Part shown: in pieces, positions 1-9,440 of the stretch | Position numbering within the stretch: position 1 is the stretch's first letter | Layout of the letters: each line of letters begins with the position of its first letter | Assembly (NCBI GenBank): GCA_045863335.1 | Contig: BTVY01000024.1 | Coordinates: 40,034 to 104,033, forward strand | DNA length: 64,000 nucleotides | From: Candidatus Hydrogenedentota bacterium | GTDB taxonomy: Bacteria > Hydrogenedentota > Hydrogenedentia > Hydrogenedentales > SLHB01 | Direction of reading: 5' to 3' | The notes under the pieces: generated by a model | Seen by the model: the letters and a program-made list of their open reading frames with translations, nothing else | Databases searched by the model: none | What the model was told of the DNA's origin: nothing | Made by a program: the position numbers and the translations under genes

Positions 1-2
1 GC

Positions 3-149
3 TTGGCCGCACCGAAGGCGATGGTCGACGGTCAGACGTTGGAGGTCGACGTCGGACGGCGGGCCAAGGTGAATTTCCTGGACATCGACCGTGCCGTGGA
101 AGTTTGTGAATTGTGCATCACCGGTTCCCTGGCGAACCGCGAAAAATAA
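3..149 (+). CDS. 3' end of an unidentified CDS running in from the window edge
   Basis: Open frame LAAPKAMVDGQTLEVDVGRRAKVNFLDIDRAVEVCELCITGSLANREK* ends at TAA 147-149 with host-like codon usage. Confidence 0.55.
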   Translation: MAAPKAMVDGQTLEVDVGRRAKVNFLDIDRAVEVCELCITGSLANREK

Positions 150-209
150 GGAATGGCAACGGACGGGCCGGCGCGATGCGTCCCGTACATCCAAGGAGGT
201 TTGAAGACG

Positions 210-1661
210 ATGAGTCCTGCGACACTCGAAAAACAGGCCGACTACAAGGTCGCCGACCTGGGTCTGGCCGATTGGGGCCGCAAAGAAATCGACATGGCCG
301 AAAAGGAAATGCCCGGTCTCATGGCGATTCGCGAGCGTTACGCCGCCCAGCAGCCGTTGAAAGGCTACCGGGTCATGGGTTCGCTCCACATGACGATTCA
401 GACGGCAGTCCTGATCGAAACGCTTGGCGCATTGGGCGCCGACGTACGCTGGGCGAGCTGCAATATCTTTTCCACGCAGGATCATGCTGCCGCCGCGATC
501 GCGAAAGCAGGGTACCCCGTGTTCGCGTGGAAGGGCGAGACCCTCGAAGAGTACTGGTGGTGCACGCTCCAGGCCTTGACGTGGCCGGATGGCAGCGGCC
601 CGCACCTCATCGTCGACGACGGCGGCGACGCGACGTTGCTGATCCATCGCGGGTACGAGTTTGAAGAAGTGTTCTCGAAAACCGGGAAGCTCCCGGAAGT
701 CAGCACGGAGAATCAGGAAGTCGAGATCGTGGACCGGCTGTTGCACAGCGTCCATGCCGAGCTGCCGAACAAGTGGCACGGATACGTGAACGACTGGATC
801 GGCGTTTCGGAAGAGACCACGACCGGCGTGCATCGTCTGTATCACATGATGAAGGCGGGCACCCTGCTGACCCGCGCCATCAACGTGAACGACTCGGTGA
901 CGAAGTCGAAGTTCGACAACCTCTACGGCTGCCGCGAGTCGCTGGCCGACGGTATCAAGCGCGCCACGGACGTGATGGTCGCGGGCAAGGTCGTCGTGAT
1001 CGCGGGTTATGGCGACGTGGGCAAAGGCTGCGCGGACGCCATGAAGGGTTTGGGCGCGCGCGTGCTGATTACGGAAATCGACCCCATCTGCGCGTTGCAG
1101 GCCTGCATGGAAGGCTATGAAGTGTTGACCATGGAAGACGCGGCCCCGAAGGGCGATATCTTCGTCACGACGACCGGCTGCTGCGACGTGATCCGTCGCG
1201 AGCATCTCCAGAAGATGAAGGACGAAGCCATCGTCTGCAACATCGGCCATTTCGATTCCGAGATCGAAGTCGCGTGGCTGGAATCGGAAGTCGCCAAGGG
1301 CAACGTGACCGAACTGAACATCAAGCCGCAGGTGGACAAGTACATCTTCCCGAACGGCAACTCGGTGATTCTGTTAGCGAAGGGCCGCCTCGTGAACCTC
1401 GGTTGCGCGACGGGCCACCCCTCCTTCGTCATGTCCAACTCCTTCGCGAACCAGACACTCGCCCAGATCTCGCTGGCGACGGAAACGAAGTTGTACGAGT
1501 CCGGCAAGGTCTACACCCTGCCGAAGGTCCTCGACGAAGAAGTCGCGCGGCTGCACCTGGAAAAACTCGGCGCACGCCTCGAACGCCTGTCCGACAAGCA
1601 GGCAAACTATCTCGGCGTCCCGGTCGAAGGACCGTACAAGCCGGACCACTACCGCTACTAA
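210..1661 (+). CDS. ahcY: Adenosylhomocysteinase (SAH hydrolase)
   Basis: Motifs [100 protein letters not shown] precedes ATG 210. Confidence 0.98.
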   Translation: MSPATLEKQADYKVADLGLADWGRKEIDMAEKEMPGLMAIRERYAAQQPLKGYRVMGSLHMTIQTAVLIETLGALGADVRWASCNIFSTQDHAAAAIAKAGYPVFAWKGETLEEYWWCTLQALTWPDGSGPHLIVDDGGDATLLIHRGYEFEEVFSKTGKLPEVSTENQEVEIVDRLLHSVHAELPNKWHGYVNDWIGVSEETTTGVHRLYHMMKAGTLLTRAINVNDSVTKSKFDNLYGCRESLADGIKRATDVMVAGKVVVIAGYGDVGKGCADAMKGLGARVLITEIDPICALQACMEGYEVLTMEDAAPKGDIFVTTTGCCDVIRREHLQKMKDEAIVCNIGHFDSEIEVAWLESEVAKGNVTELNIKPQVDKYIFPNGNSVILLAKGRLVNLGCATGHPSFVMSNSFANQTLAQISLATETKLYESGKVYTLPKVLDEEVARLHLEKLGARLERLSDKQANYLGVPVEGPYKPDHYRY

Positions 1662-1687
1662 TCGCAATGGACTGACGAAGAGCCAAT

Positions 1688-1726
1688 CGCCGCGTCCGGT
1701 GCCAACCGCCGGACGCGGCGTTTTTT
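1688..1726 (+). terminator. Rho-independent terminator of ahcY
   Basis: 12-bp stem CGCCGCGTCCGG / CCGGACGCGGCG followed by TTTTTT. Confidence 0.9.
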
Positions 1727-2236
1727 GTTGTCCCCAGCCACCATGAGGCAAAGGCCCGACGGAAGGCCGCACGGCGATCGCCAATCATTGTCGGTAGCTT
1801 GGCAGTCCCCGCCTGCCCAACCCGAACCGGCCACCTCAACGGTAATGATTCGTTTCTTGCCAACGCGGAGACGTACATAGGTCGCCACGTGCGAATCATC
1901 TACGTGCCTCCCCGATCAGCAGTAAGGAAAGGGGCCGTCGCCGCGAAAACGGATTGAAGATTCTGGGCCCCATTAGTACGCGTTGCGGAATGTTCAACAG
2001 CGAGCCCTCTCTTCAGCCCCAATCCTCAGAAGTCCCACTGTTGCATTACGACTTGGGCCCCAGAGCCAAGCCCGATTGCTCGAGTGATACTTGCACGACG
2101 GGTACCCTTATAATGCACTTGAATTGGTATGGCATCGAACGCATTCTGCGCCGGTCCCGAACTTCCGGTCCCAGCTGAATCAGAGTGAAGCTCTCGTCAT
2201 CAAGACACAACCTGTCACAGGTCCCGCCGCCGTGGC

Positions 2237-2641
2237 TTACGGCTGGCTCCACGGAACGTCCATCTCGGACAAGCCCTGCTTCAAGTCTTCCATCTGAAAC
2301 GCTCGTGCCTTTTCGCCCCGGATTATCACGGGAGGTGACTCCTCGCCGTAGTTCGCCTTAACGTAATCCTTGACTTGAGATAGCTCCTTTACTTCGCCGT
2401 CTATCAGGTACTGCGTTTCTCTAACAACGATCTCGATGGAGGGTTTGCCTTCCGCAGCTTCGCCCTCCGAGGGCGGCCCCAATGAATCCCCACCTAAGCC
2501 GGGTCCTCCACAACCCCGAAATAGCACGATGACGGCAATAGCCGCCACAAGCAAGACAATCAAGAGAAGAACGAGCCGGACAAATCCCGCCCTCGGATCC
2601 GAAACAATCACGCGACGTGCCTTTGATTTCTCGTCTATCAC
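2237..2641 (-). CDS. Single-TM protein with Gly/Pro linker and ExbD/TolR-like periplasmic domain (no TM Asp)
   Basis: Hydrophobic LVLLLIVLLVAAIAVIVLF. C-terminal IEIVVRETQYLIDGEVKEL...VIIRGEKAR pattern resembles ExbD. GTG start overlaps the upstream stop (GTGA). Confidence 0.6.
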   Translation of the reverse strand: MIDEKSKARRVIVSDPRAGFVRLVLLLIVLLVAAIAVIVLFRGCGGPGLGGDSLGPPSEGEAAEGKPSIEIVVRETQYLIDGEVKELSQVKDYVKANYGEESPPVIIRGEKARAFQMEDLKQGLSEMDVPWSQP

Positions 2642-3411
2642 GATTCGATTGCCCCCATCTCCACGTAGTACATGCGCGCATTCGATCCAACACCGAATTG
2701 CGTTGCCAGAGTCCGCAATGCGTCCTGCGTAATCGTCAACACTTCATCATACGCGTTGCCCCAGTAATGAAGAACGATAACATTCGGCTTAACAACGCCA
2801 CCCGTGTGTCTGTCCACAGCCTGACTCAACCTGCGCTTTGCTTCTTCAATACTCGAAGGAACAAACTTTGCGAGAACGACTGTGTCTTCAACCTTCAGAC
2901 TAAGCGTGTTGTCGGTCCCCGTAGTTGCTTCCCAAAAATCACAGCGCTTGTTGAACTCGTTAATCTTGCGAAGCTCGCGTACGACGTCTTCGGCATTCGC
3001 ATCCCGCAAGGATGCCAGTGTTCGCTTAACCTGGTCGATTTCTACCGGGCTTGCTCCGGACATAGCCGTTTCAACGAAATCGTCCGGAAGGTCAAACATT
3101 TCTTTAAACAAAGCTCCAAGCTCTTTAACACTTGCCTCTTGCCGCTGAACCTGCTCCTCTAAAAACTTGCTTTCATTGACCTTTGCCTGCAATTGCTCCT
3201 TTTCGGCTGTAAGTTCAGCAACTCGAACCCCCGCCTTAGTCAGTTTCTCTTCAAGGCCGGAAATATAGGTAAGCCCCTCCTCGCGAGCATTCGACTCGTC
3301 CTCAAGCTTGCCCTGAATCATGAAAGCTTGTGCAAACACCAGGAGAATGAGCAGGTCGAAGAGCGGCGTCAAATTCGGTCCGCGAGATCGATAACTTCCC
3401 CTCCGGTTCAT
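2638..3411 (-). CDS. ExbD/MotB-like TM protein with conserved Asp and long coiled coil
   Basis: N-terminal PNLTPLFDLLILLVF matches the ExbD TM motif (NLTPxxD). Heptad-rich E/K/L region follows. ATGA overlap with the upstream gene. Confidence 0.7.
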   Translation of the reverse strand: MNRRGSYRSRGPNLTPLFDLLILLVFAQAFMIQGKLEDESNAREEGLTYISGLEEKLTKAGVRVAELTAEKEQLQAKVNESKFLEEQVQRQEASVKELGALFKEMFDLPDDFVETAMSGASPVEIDQVKRTLASLRDANAEDVVRELRKINEFNKRCDFWEATTGTDNTLSLKVEDTVVLAKFVPSSIEEAKRRLSQAVDRHTGGVVKPNVIVLHYWGNAYDEVLTITQDALRTLATQFGVGSNARMYYVEMGAIES

Positions 3412-4031
3412 GAAACCTCCTCTGCATTTCTTCCCAATACCTCTACACTTGCACGGTGCACAGTTTCCCCCACGAGTTTGCGAAGTTCAGAGAATGATTC
3501 AAAACCGGGAAAAGTCCAGTAGGTCACTATTGCGGCAACCAGCCAAAGAATGAGTCCCACCCACGTTGTGTTGACCGCGGTAGCGAATCCGTCTACCAAC
3601 CGTTCGCCCATCTCCGCATTGTCAAAAACGTCTCCACCCAAGGCGGTACGAATTCCAACTACGGTGCCCAAGATCCCGATTATGGGGTAGGTGTCGGTCA
3701 GGCCGACAAACAATGAAACCACACTTTCATACCACGTGGAACGTAAGTAGGTTCGGCCCTCCTCCTTAATGCTGATGCGCTTCGCCAAATCCATGCGCTC
3801 CTCCTTGCGGGACTCACTGGCCAAGATACCCCGAATGTCCAATACAAAGCTCTCGACGGCCTCATAAGGGTCCGATGAATTGCGCGTTCTGCCTTCTCGA
3901 ATTGGAATGACACTGTCCAAGAAGCTAGCCATACTTCTTGCGTTTTTCCGTCGCCACCAGACTAAGAACAGCAAGATCATCACGTGAACCAGAGCAAGTC
4001 CCGCAAACACCGCATAAAAGACTGCATTCAT
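3408..4031 (-). CDS. MotA/TolQ/ExbB proton-channel family protein
   Basis: Three TM segments; YPIIGILGTVVGI and FATAVNTTWVGL match ExbB TM2/TM3. Start chosen at ATG 4031 after GAGGAAGG. Confidence 0.85.
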   Translation of the reverse strand: MNAVFYAVFAGLALVHVMILLFLVWWRRKNARSMASFLDSVIPIREGRTRNSSDPYEAVESFVLDIRGILASESRKEERMDLAKRISIKEEGRTYLRSTWYESVVSLFVGLTDTYPIIGILGTVVGIRTALGGDVFDNAEMGERLVDGFATAVNTTWVGLILWLVAAIVTYWTFPGFESFSELRKLVGETVHRASVEVLGRNAEEVS

Positions 4032-4619
4032 ATCGATACCTTCCTCTCCCATTAGAACTCGAAGTCGGGGCGCGCGTGCCTGCTTCGTTAACCCCAATCA
4101 TGGTACCTCAAGGTACCTCAGCTCCTTATAATACGGGCACATCCAGAACTTCAATAACAACAGTCGGATGACTTGTCTCGTTCTTGATGCTATCGCGCAG
4201 AACATGTCGACGTCCCAGCGCACGTATCAGCATCAATCGGCAAACTGCTCGCCGAAGAATGTGCCGAATTCCGTCAACGCCAGTTCCATGGTTCCCTACC
4301 TGGCGCGAGACCCAATGTCTTGGGAAATTAAGGGACATGATAGGTATCTTGAGAGTACCGTATTCGGGGTGGGTATCTGATAAAGGGGCAGTCATGCGGC
4401 GAGCCTCTGGGCTTGGGTTTTGGATAGATCGAGTCGTTGTTGGATGAATTTCGCGAGGTCAGGGGCTGGAAAGGTATCGGCGAGAAAATGGGGTAGGATG
4501 TTGCGCAGGGCACAGGCGACGACGGCCTCGGAGGGGACGATGCCGGGCCGTATGGTGCGTAACCAGGAACCGAATTAGGCCCAGACGAATTGGGGGCAGT
4601 GGTGGCGAGAGCCTGCATG

Positions 4620-4811
4620 ATGCCTGTCGGAAAAGGCCGCACGGAATACGTGCCCCCGGCACGCGCCAAAGAAGTGAAACGCCAGCTCGACAACGACCGC
4701 AAGTTCAAAGAGCTCACCCAGGAATGGGTGACCCTCGCCATCGAACTGTGTAAACTCAAGCAGACGCTCGAGCAGAAGAAATGGGGGCAAGAACACGGTA
4801 CTCTCAAGTAG
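4620..4811 (+). pseudogene. C-terminal fragment of a DUF6788-like IS-associated protein
   Basis: GKGRTEYVPPARAKEVKRQLDNDRKFKELTQEWVTLAIEL resembles DUF6788 C-termini. The Cys-rich N-terminus and the partner transposase are missing. Confidence 0.55.
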
Positions 4812-4860
4812 GTATAAGTCAAGAGGCAAACCGCCCGCTTTGCCTCTTGACTTATACCTA
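4809..4860. repeat. Perfect 22-bp inverted repeat (hairpin, 8-nt loop)
   Basis: TAGGTATAAGTCAAGAGGCAAA-CCGCCCGC-TTTGCCTCTTGACTTATACCTA. Confidence 0.95.
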
Positions 4861-5005
4861 TCATGGATGTCCCTTTATTCCGATCCCTTCATTTTCGAAA
4901 ATGGATTACTACCCGCGCACGATTCCTATTGCGTAATTCAGCCTGACGAAGTACTATCGAGTTTATGAACGAATGTCGCCAACCATTAGTACGAGGGTGA
5001 TTCCA

Positions 5006-5281
5006 ATGGCAACAAAATCTTCAGGTTCGGAGCGTGGTCCCAAATCTGGAAACGACGAAGATGATGATAGGGATCGTTACGATTTTCGCGGCGTCGAGCT
5101 TACCGAAGACCAAAAAGAGGAGATTGAAGAGATGCGCGATCTTGGGGACTACGACGGAGCGAACGAAACGGAAAACTTCTATAAGGGTTGGAATGCCGCA
5201 AGCGACGACGATTACGGTGCGGAACAATTTTCAAACAGTCCAATAGCCGCAGAAGAACAGGGCAACACCATTGGAGCTTGA
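5006..5281 (+). CDS. Small, very acidic hypothetical protein
   Basis: GAGGGTG RBS-like sequence before ATG 5006. D/E-rich 91-aa ORF directly upstream of the NERD gene. Confidence 0.6.
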   Translation: MATKSSGSERGPKSGNDEDDDRDRYDFRGVELTEDQKEEIEEMRDLGDYDGANETENFYKGWNAASDDDYGAEQFSNSPIAAEEQGNTIGA

Positions 5282-5294
5282 GGACTCAACTAAG

Positions 5295-6275
5295 ATGACT
5301 GACGCCAAGCATAAGTGGCAGGACTGGCGAGCACTGGCCAAGGTCGTGCCGGAACCTGAAGATCCAGAAGTAATCGGAGGTAGAAACGCTGAATTGTTTT
5401 TGCAGCGAATGGTCAAGAACAACTTACGGTTCAAGTCAGCCTATTTTTTCCATTCAAAGCGAGTTCCTTCTCCTGCAGAAAGACGGCGCTACGAAATCGA
5501 TTTAATAGTACTTACTAAGAAGCAGATTCACATCATTGAGGTAAAGAACTTATCTGGAGCGATAACAGCCAACGCTGACAAGTGGATTCAAACTAAACGC
5601 AACGGAATGCAAGTATTGATGGAGAGCCCCATCGTCCGCAATGATCGAAAGATGAGGGTTCTAGAGACCCACCTACAGAAGTGCGGAGTAGACTTGGATT
5701 CCTCGTATTTCTCGCAGCGGGTTGTATTAATGAATCCCAATGTCAATCTTTGCCGTGTAGTTGCCCATAGTCCCCGTGTCATCCAAAGGCACCAACTAGA
5801 TAAGTATCTGAAACGGAGCGGAGGTATTGGATTTGGCGAGCAGCTGATTCATTCTGTCATCGAATACTGCCTCGATACCGAAGCAAGTGATGCGGTTTTA
5901 GATGGGATGTTTCAGTCGATGACTTCATCTATGCAGAGTCGCATTAGACACTCGCTAGGTTGTCTGGAAACGTTTGACAAGGTGCTCCTGTATGGCGGGA
6001 AAGTGCTTCCAGGTGACATACTTGATTTTCGGTTAAGTCGTGGTCCGATTAGTCTTGCGGAAATTCAATCCGGTGAGGTGCTTTCACTCAGGTGGAGTAG
6101 GAACCGACTCCTTGGAATTGCAAACGTTGTGCTCGATCGTCCGCTAGGCATCCTCAAGCGGGGCAAGACTAGCCAAGTAGTTGCACCCGGCGATTCCGTG
6201 TACTTTCATAAGGTGGGGGAAAAGAGCCCGATGCACATCGATCTAGCGAGAGTGGATGCTTTGATCAAAGGTTAG
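5295..6275 (+). CDS. NERD (PD-(D/E)xK-like nuclease-related) domain protein
   Basis: EIDLIVLTKKQIHIIEVKNLSG...W...SPIVRNDRKMRVLETHL is the NERD signature. GAGGA RBS before ATG 5295. Confidence 0.85.
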   Translation: MTDAKHKWQDWRALAKVVPEPEDPEVIGGRNAELFLQRMVKNNLRFKSAYFFHSKRVPSPAERRRYEIDLIVLTKKQIHIIEVKNLSGAITANADKWIQTKRNGMQVLMESPIVRNDRKMRVLETHLQKCGVDLDSSYFSQRVVLMNPNVNLCRVVAHSPRVIQRHQLDKYLKRSGGIGFGEQLIHSVIEYCLDTEASDAVLDGMFQSMTSSMQSRIRHSLGCLETFDKVLLYGGKVLPGDILDFRLSRGPISLAEIQSGEVLSLRWSRNRLLGIANVVLDRPLGILKRGKTSQVVAPGDSVYFHKVGEKSPMHIDLARVDALIKG

Positions 6276-6363
6276 GTGCGCTCAGTCGATCAAGTGATTA
6301 CATTCCACCGGAATCCTATTCTTCTCCCAACAAGCTACACGCACTTGCGACGGAATCAGGCGA

Positions 6364-7149
6364 TCACAATTCTTCCGCGGCGGGTTCTTCCGTTCGTTCC
6401 GCGCGTTCTTCGCTGGTTTCTTGTTCTTGTTCGACGGCGCCTCGGCGTTGGAGCAGGAGGGTAAGGGTCCAGCAGAGGATGGCCCAGGCGAAGCCGCCGG
6501 ACCAGCCGGCGAGCACGTCGGTCGGCCAGTGGACGCCGAGGTAGACGCGGCTCACGCCGACGGCGACGGTCAGCGCGATGGCAACGGCGATGAAGTACAT
6601 TTTGAGGCCTTTGCCGGGGACGAGCCGGCTGAGCAGGGCGCCGAGGGTGAGGTAGGTTACGGCGGACATCATGGAATGGCCGCTGGGGAAACTCGAGGTG
6701 TAGACGTAGCTGCCGTGGGGCACGAGATCGGGCCGTGGCCGTTCGAAGATCTCTTTCAACCCCATGCTAATCGCGAGGCCCCCCAAGACCGCGACGAGCA
6801 CCAGGATCGCGGCGTTGCGTTTGCGGGCGATTGCCAACGCGCCGATCACCACGGCGGTCAATACCATCTGCAATCCGACGCCGCCGAGGGCCGTGAAATC
6901 CCGGCCCATCTCTTCGACCCAGTGCGGTCCGATTGGGTCCGCCGGATCCTGGGGGTTACGCATCATCAGGACCAGCGCGCGGTCGATGTCCTGGGTGCTT
7001 CCCTCGAGGACCTCGTCCGACAATTCCGCAAAGGCCCAGATGCCCGCGGCCACCATCCCGCAGAGAAGTAGTAGGAAGAATTCTTTGCGCACCAGCCAGA
7101 TACCGGATTGGATGGGCCGGGCCAGTGCCGCTCGTTTGTAGTTGGGCAT
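6364..7149 (-). CDS. PAP2-family membrane phosphatase
   Basis: KEIFERPRP, SFPSGHS and SRVYLGVHWPTDVLAG motifs; multiple TMs. Confidence 0.93.
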   Translation of the reverse strand: MPNYKRAALARPIQSGIWLVRKEFFLLLLCGMVAAGIWAFAELSDEVLEGSTQDIDRALVLMMRNPQDPADPIGPHWVEEMGRDFTALGGVGLQMVLTAVVIGALAIARKRNAAILVLVAVLGGLAISMGLKEIFERPRPDLVPHGSYVYTSSFPSGHSMMSAVTYLTLGALLSRLVPGKGLKMYFIAVAIALTVAVGVSRVYLGVHWPTDVLAGWSGGFAWAILCWTLTLLLQRRGAVEQEQETSEERAERTEEPAAEEL

Positions 7150-7426
7150 GGGTATCTTTCCGCTTTGGCGCCGGATTCAACATTCTCGGGCGCATCGGCC
7201 GACGCGCCCTAGGAACCAGATTACTAGGATTGAACAAGAGACACCAGCGACCGCAGGGATATCAGGAACAGAACCGCACCTATTAAAAGGACAAGCCGAA
7301 GGGGACGCCGAACGGGGTCCGGGGCGGCCAGGTGGATTGGAGATCCCAGTAGTCGCGGCGGTCCCTGAACCACTCAAGATCGAAATCGTGAGTATCTGGC
7401 GCAATTCTCGATGGAGAGGGACCAAT

Positions 7427-7537
7427 TCTTCCGCCCTTCTAGGGCTTGATCGCGAGGAGGAGGCCTTTGGACCCAGGGTTCCGCTCGTGCCTCGCTCCAC
7501 CCCGGGCTACATTCGAGTCGCCCCATCCGGGGCTGGC
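7427..7537. repeat. REP-like palindromic element, copy 1
   Basis: Core 7471-7537 matches 18141-18207 at 66/67 nt; internal hairpins. Confidence 0.9.
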
Positions 7538-7698
7538 TTGGGAACCTATCCTCGCGAAAATGAATGGGGACGGCAACCATTTATTGCAGCATGGAGGAGA
7601 CCTTCCTCGGCTGCCGCCGTAGACGTTGGTGCTATAATCCCTTGAGCGGCATATCTTCGTTGGAGTAGGTTTTGTCGCAAGGACACGGGAGTGGTCAG

Positions 7699-7926
7699 AT
7701 GAACGGCGCAATTCGAAGCAAAGTGATCGAGCGATTGGACACGCTTCCAGAAGACCTGCAGCGGAAGGTCTTGGCATATGTACAGACGTTGCAATCCGAA
7801 GAGCGCCGGGGTGTTTCCGGGGATCTATTGCTCATGTTTGCCGGGACGATTCCGCAAGACGATTTGCTCCTGATGAAGCAAGCGATCGAGGACGGGTGCG
7901 AACAGGTCGACGAGAATGAATGGTAA
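7699..7926 (+). CDS. Putative VapB-type (DUF2281-like) antitoxin
   Basis: IERLDTLPEDLQRKVLAYVQTL...FAGTI...MKQAIEDGCEQVDENEW. Its end overlaps a PIN-like start. Confidence 0.7.
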   Translation: MNGAIRSKVIERLDTLPEDLQRKVLAYVQTLQSEERRGVSGDLLLMFAGTIPQDDLLLMKQAIEDGCEQVDENEW

Positions 7927-7990
7927 CTACCTGCTGGACACCAATATCGTTATCGCGCGGAAGATGCGCAGCGGGCGTGAGGGTGAATAA
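7916..7990 (+). pseudogene. Truncated VapC/PIN toxin
   Basis: MNGNYLLDTNIVI is a typical PIN N-terminus, but the frame stops after 24 aa. Confidence 0.75.
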
Positions 7991-8141
7991 AGGGGTCGGT
8001 CCTGACTCCGGTTCGTAGCGGAGTCGGCGGAGGCTACCGTTGATGCGGTGCCCTTCGTGACACCGCGTTCCGCTCCGCACTACCACGGGAAATTTGGCCC
8101 CTCGTCGCCTTGATCGACGGCCATCGCGACGTTATCGCTAG

Positions 8142-8972
8142 TTACGGAGATAAGGTCTGCGACAACAACCAGTCGATGATGTCGGCGCGCCGGTAGACGC
8201 GGTCCCAGATCTCGTGGGTCGACCCGGGAAGTTCCGTGGTGATGATATTGGCGCCCGCGTCGGCGAGATCCTCCGTGAACTGCCGCCAGTCCTCGGTGTT
8301 GGAAAGCTCATCATTCGCGTTGGCGAAGGTCCAGATGGGGACGGTCAGGAGTTTCGGGATGTCCACGTCGCGGCCCGCGCCGGCGATGGGCAGGATTGCG
8401 GAAAGTTCCCCCTCGTGTTCGGCCGCGTAGCGCCAGGTCCCCGAAGCGCCGTAAGAAATGCCGGTCATGGAGATTCGGTTCGGATCGACGTTGTAGCGCG
8501 CGGTCACGTCGGCCAACACGGCCGCGTAGATGGCGTCGATCTCCTCATAGGTGGCGTTCCACGGCAATTGGGGCATGGCGACCAGGCAGGGGAACTGCTC
8601 AGGCCGGTCGCGCAAGTTCGGCGCGATGCCTACCGTCAGGTGCGCGAACCCATCGTCTCCGGACTCGACTATGCCGTGCCAGAAGAGCACCAGTGGCCAC
8701 GCCTGTTCCGGCGTATATTCGTCGGTGACGTAGAGTTCGTAGCACCGCTCCCCCTCGCCCAGCGCTGCCGAATAATGATACATCCGCGGCTCGAACTCGC
8801 CCTCGACGCACTCGTGGGGTTCGCAACCTCGTACGGCCGGCAGGGCGAGCGCGAGCAGCCCGTACAGGAACTGACTCAAGGCCGGGTGCCGGCGCAGTAT
8901 CGATTGGAGGTCAGTCCCGGGCGCCTCCTCCCCCTTCGGCTCAACGTCCACAAATTCCTGGATTGGGTCCAT
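8142..8972 (-). CDS. Alpha/beta hydrolase (predicted peptidase/esterase family)
   Basis: PLVLFWHG, VDPNRISMTGISYGASG nucleophile elbow, ND...H catalytic residues. Start uncertain. Confidence 0.85.
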   Translation of the reverse strand: MDPIQEFVDVEPKGEEAPGTDLQSILRRHPALSQFLYGLLALALPAVRGCEPHECVEGEFEPRMYHYSAALGEGERCYELYVTDEYTPEQAWPLVLFWHGIVESGDDGFAHLTVGIAPNLRDRPEQFPCLVAMPQLPWNATYEEIDAIYAAVLADVTARYNVDPNRISMTGISYGASGTWRYAAEHEGELSAILPIAGAGRDVDIPKLLTVPIWTFANANDELSNTEDWRQFTEDLADAGANIITTELPGSTHEIWDRVYRRADIIDWLLSQTLSP

Positions 8973-9184
8973 TTGCGAAACCCCTGCCTTCGCCAGCCTC
9001 ATGCGTTGATCGGCGGTATTCACCTGAGTTGATGGTTTAAGAAAGAAAAGTGCAGCCTTCTTGCTTAGGATAGCGCATCTTTCTCATTTTTGAAAGGGAG
9101 TTGACGTACCGGGCAAGTCTGTCGGCTGCTGAATACGGATTGACATATTGAGGGGTGCATTTGTGGTATGCCTTGCCACGAGTC

Positions 9185-9340
9185 AACATCCCCCTTGATC
9201 CCCCTTTAAGGGAATTGGGATCAACTGCGTTATCGGTAAACGCACCGTATGTCACCTCATACTCGGTCTCGTGTTAGCCCACAACACAACGCGAAGCGTT
9301 GTGCGCGTTTCCCCCTTTGAAGGGGGTGCAGGGGGATGTT
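9185..9340. repeat. Inverted REP-like doublet (CCCCCTTTGAAGGGGG family)
   Basis: AACATCCCCCTTGATCCCCCTTTAAGGG at 9185 pairs with CCCCCTTTGAAGGGGGTGCAGGGGGATGTT at 9311-9340. Confidence 0.8.
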
Positions 9341-9440
9341 CTTCAGGAGAGTTCAGCGGGGAGCTGAAACTGTATCCCGAATTGTGGGGCGTTGTACCAA
9401 GAACATGGTCCGAGGTCTTTATGTAGCAATAGCCGCGGTA

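Larger units (their letters stand above)
4322..4881. mobile_element. Degenerate IS/MITE-like remnant bounded by imperfect inverted repeats
   Basis: 4322-4362 is the reverse complement of 4795-4808 plus 4854-4881; the right copy is interrupted by about 45 bp. Contains a DUF6788-like fragment. Confidence 0.55.

Noticed and set aside
150-209. SAH or SAM riboswitch upstream of ahcY
   Set aside because: Only about 60 bp of intergenic DNA and no recognisable riboswitch consensus.
1730-2236. Short ORFs at the left edge of the island
   Set aside because: No recognisable domain or RBS; probably degraded sequence.
2237-4031. Canonical Zorya zorAB
   Set aside because: The A subunit lacks the long ZorA tail, the B subunit lacks an OmpA/PG-binding domain, and there is no zorC/D/E. 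Kept only as an analogy.
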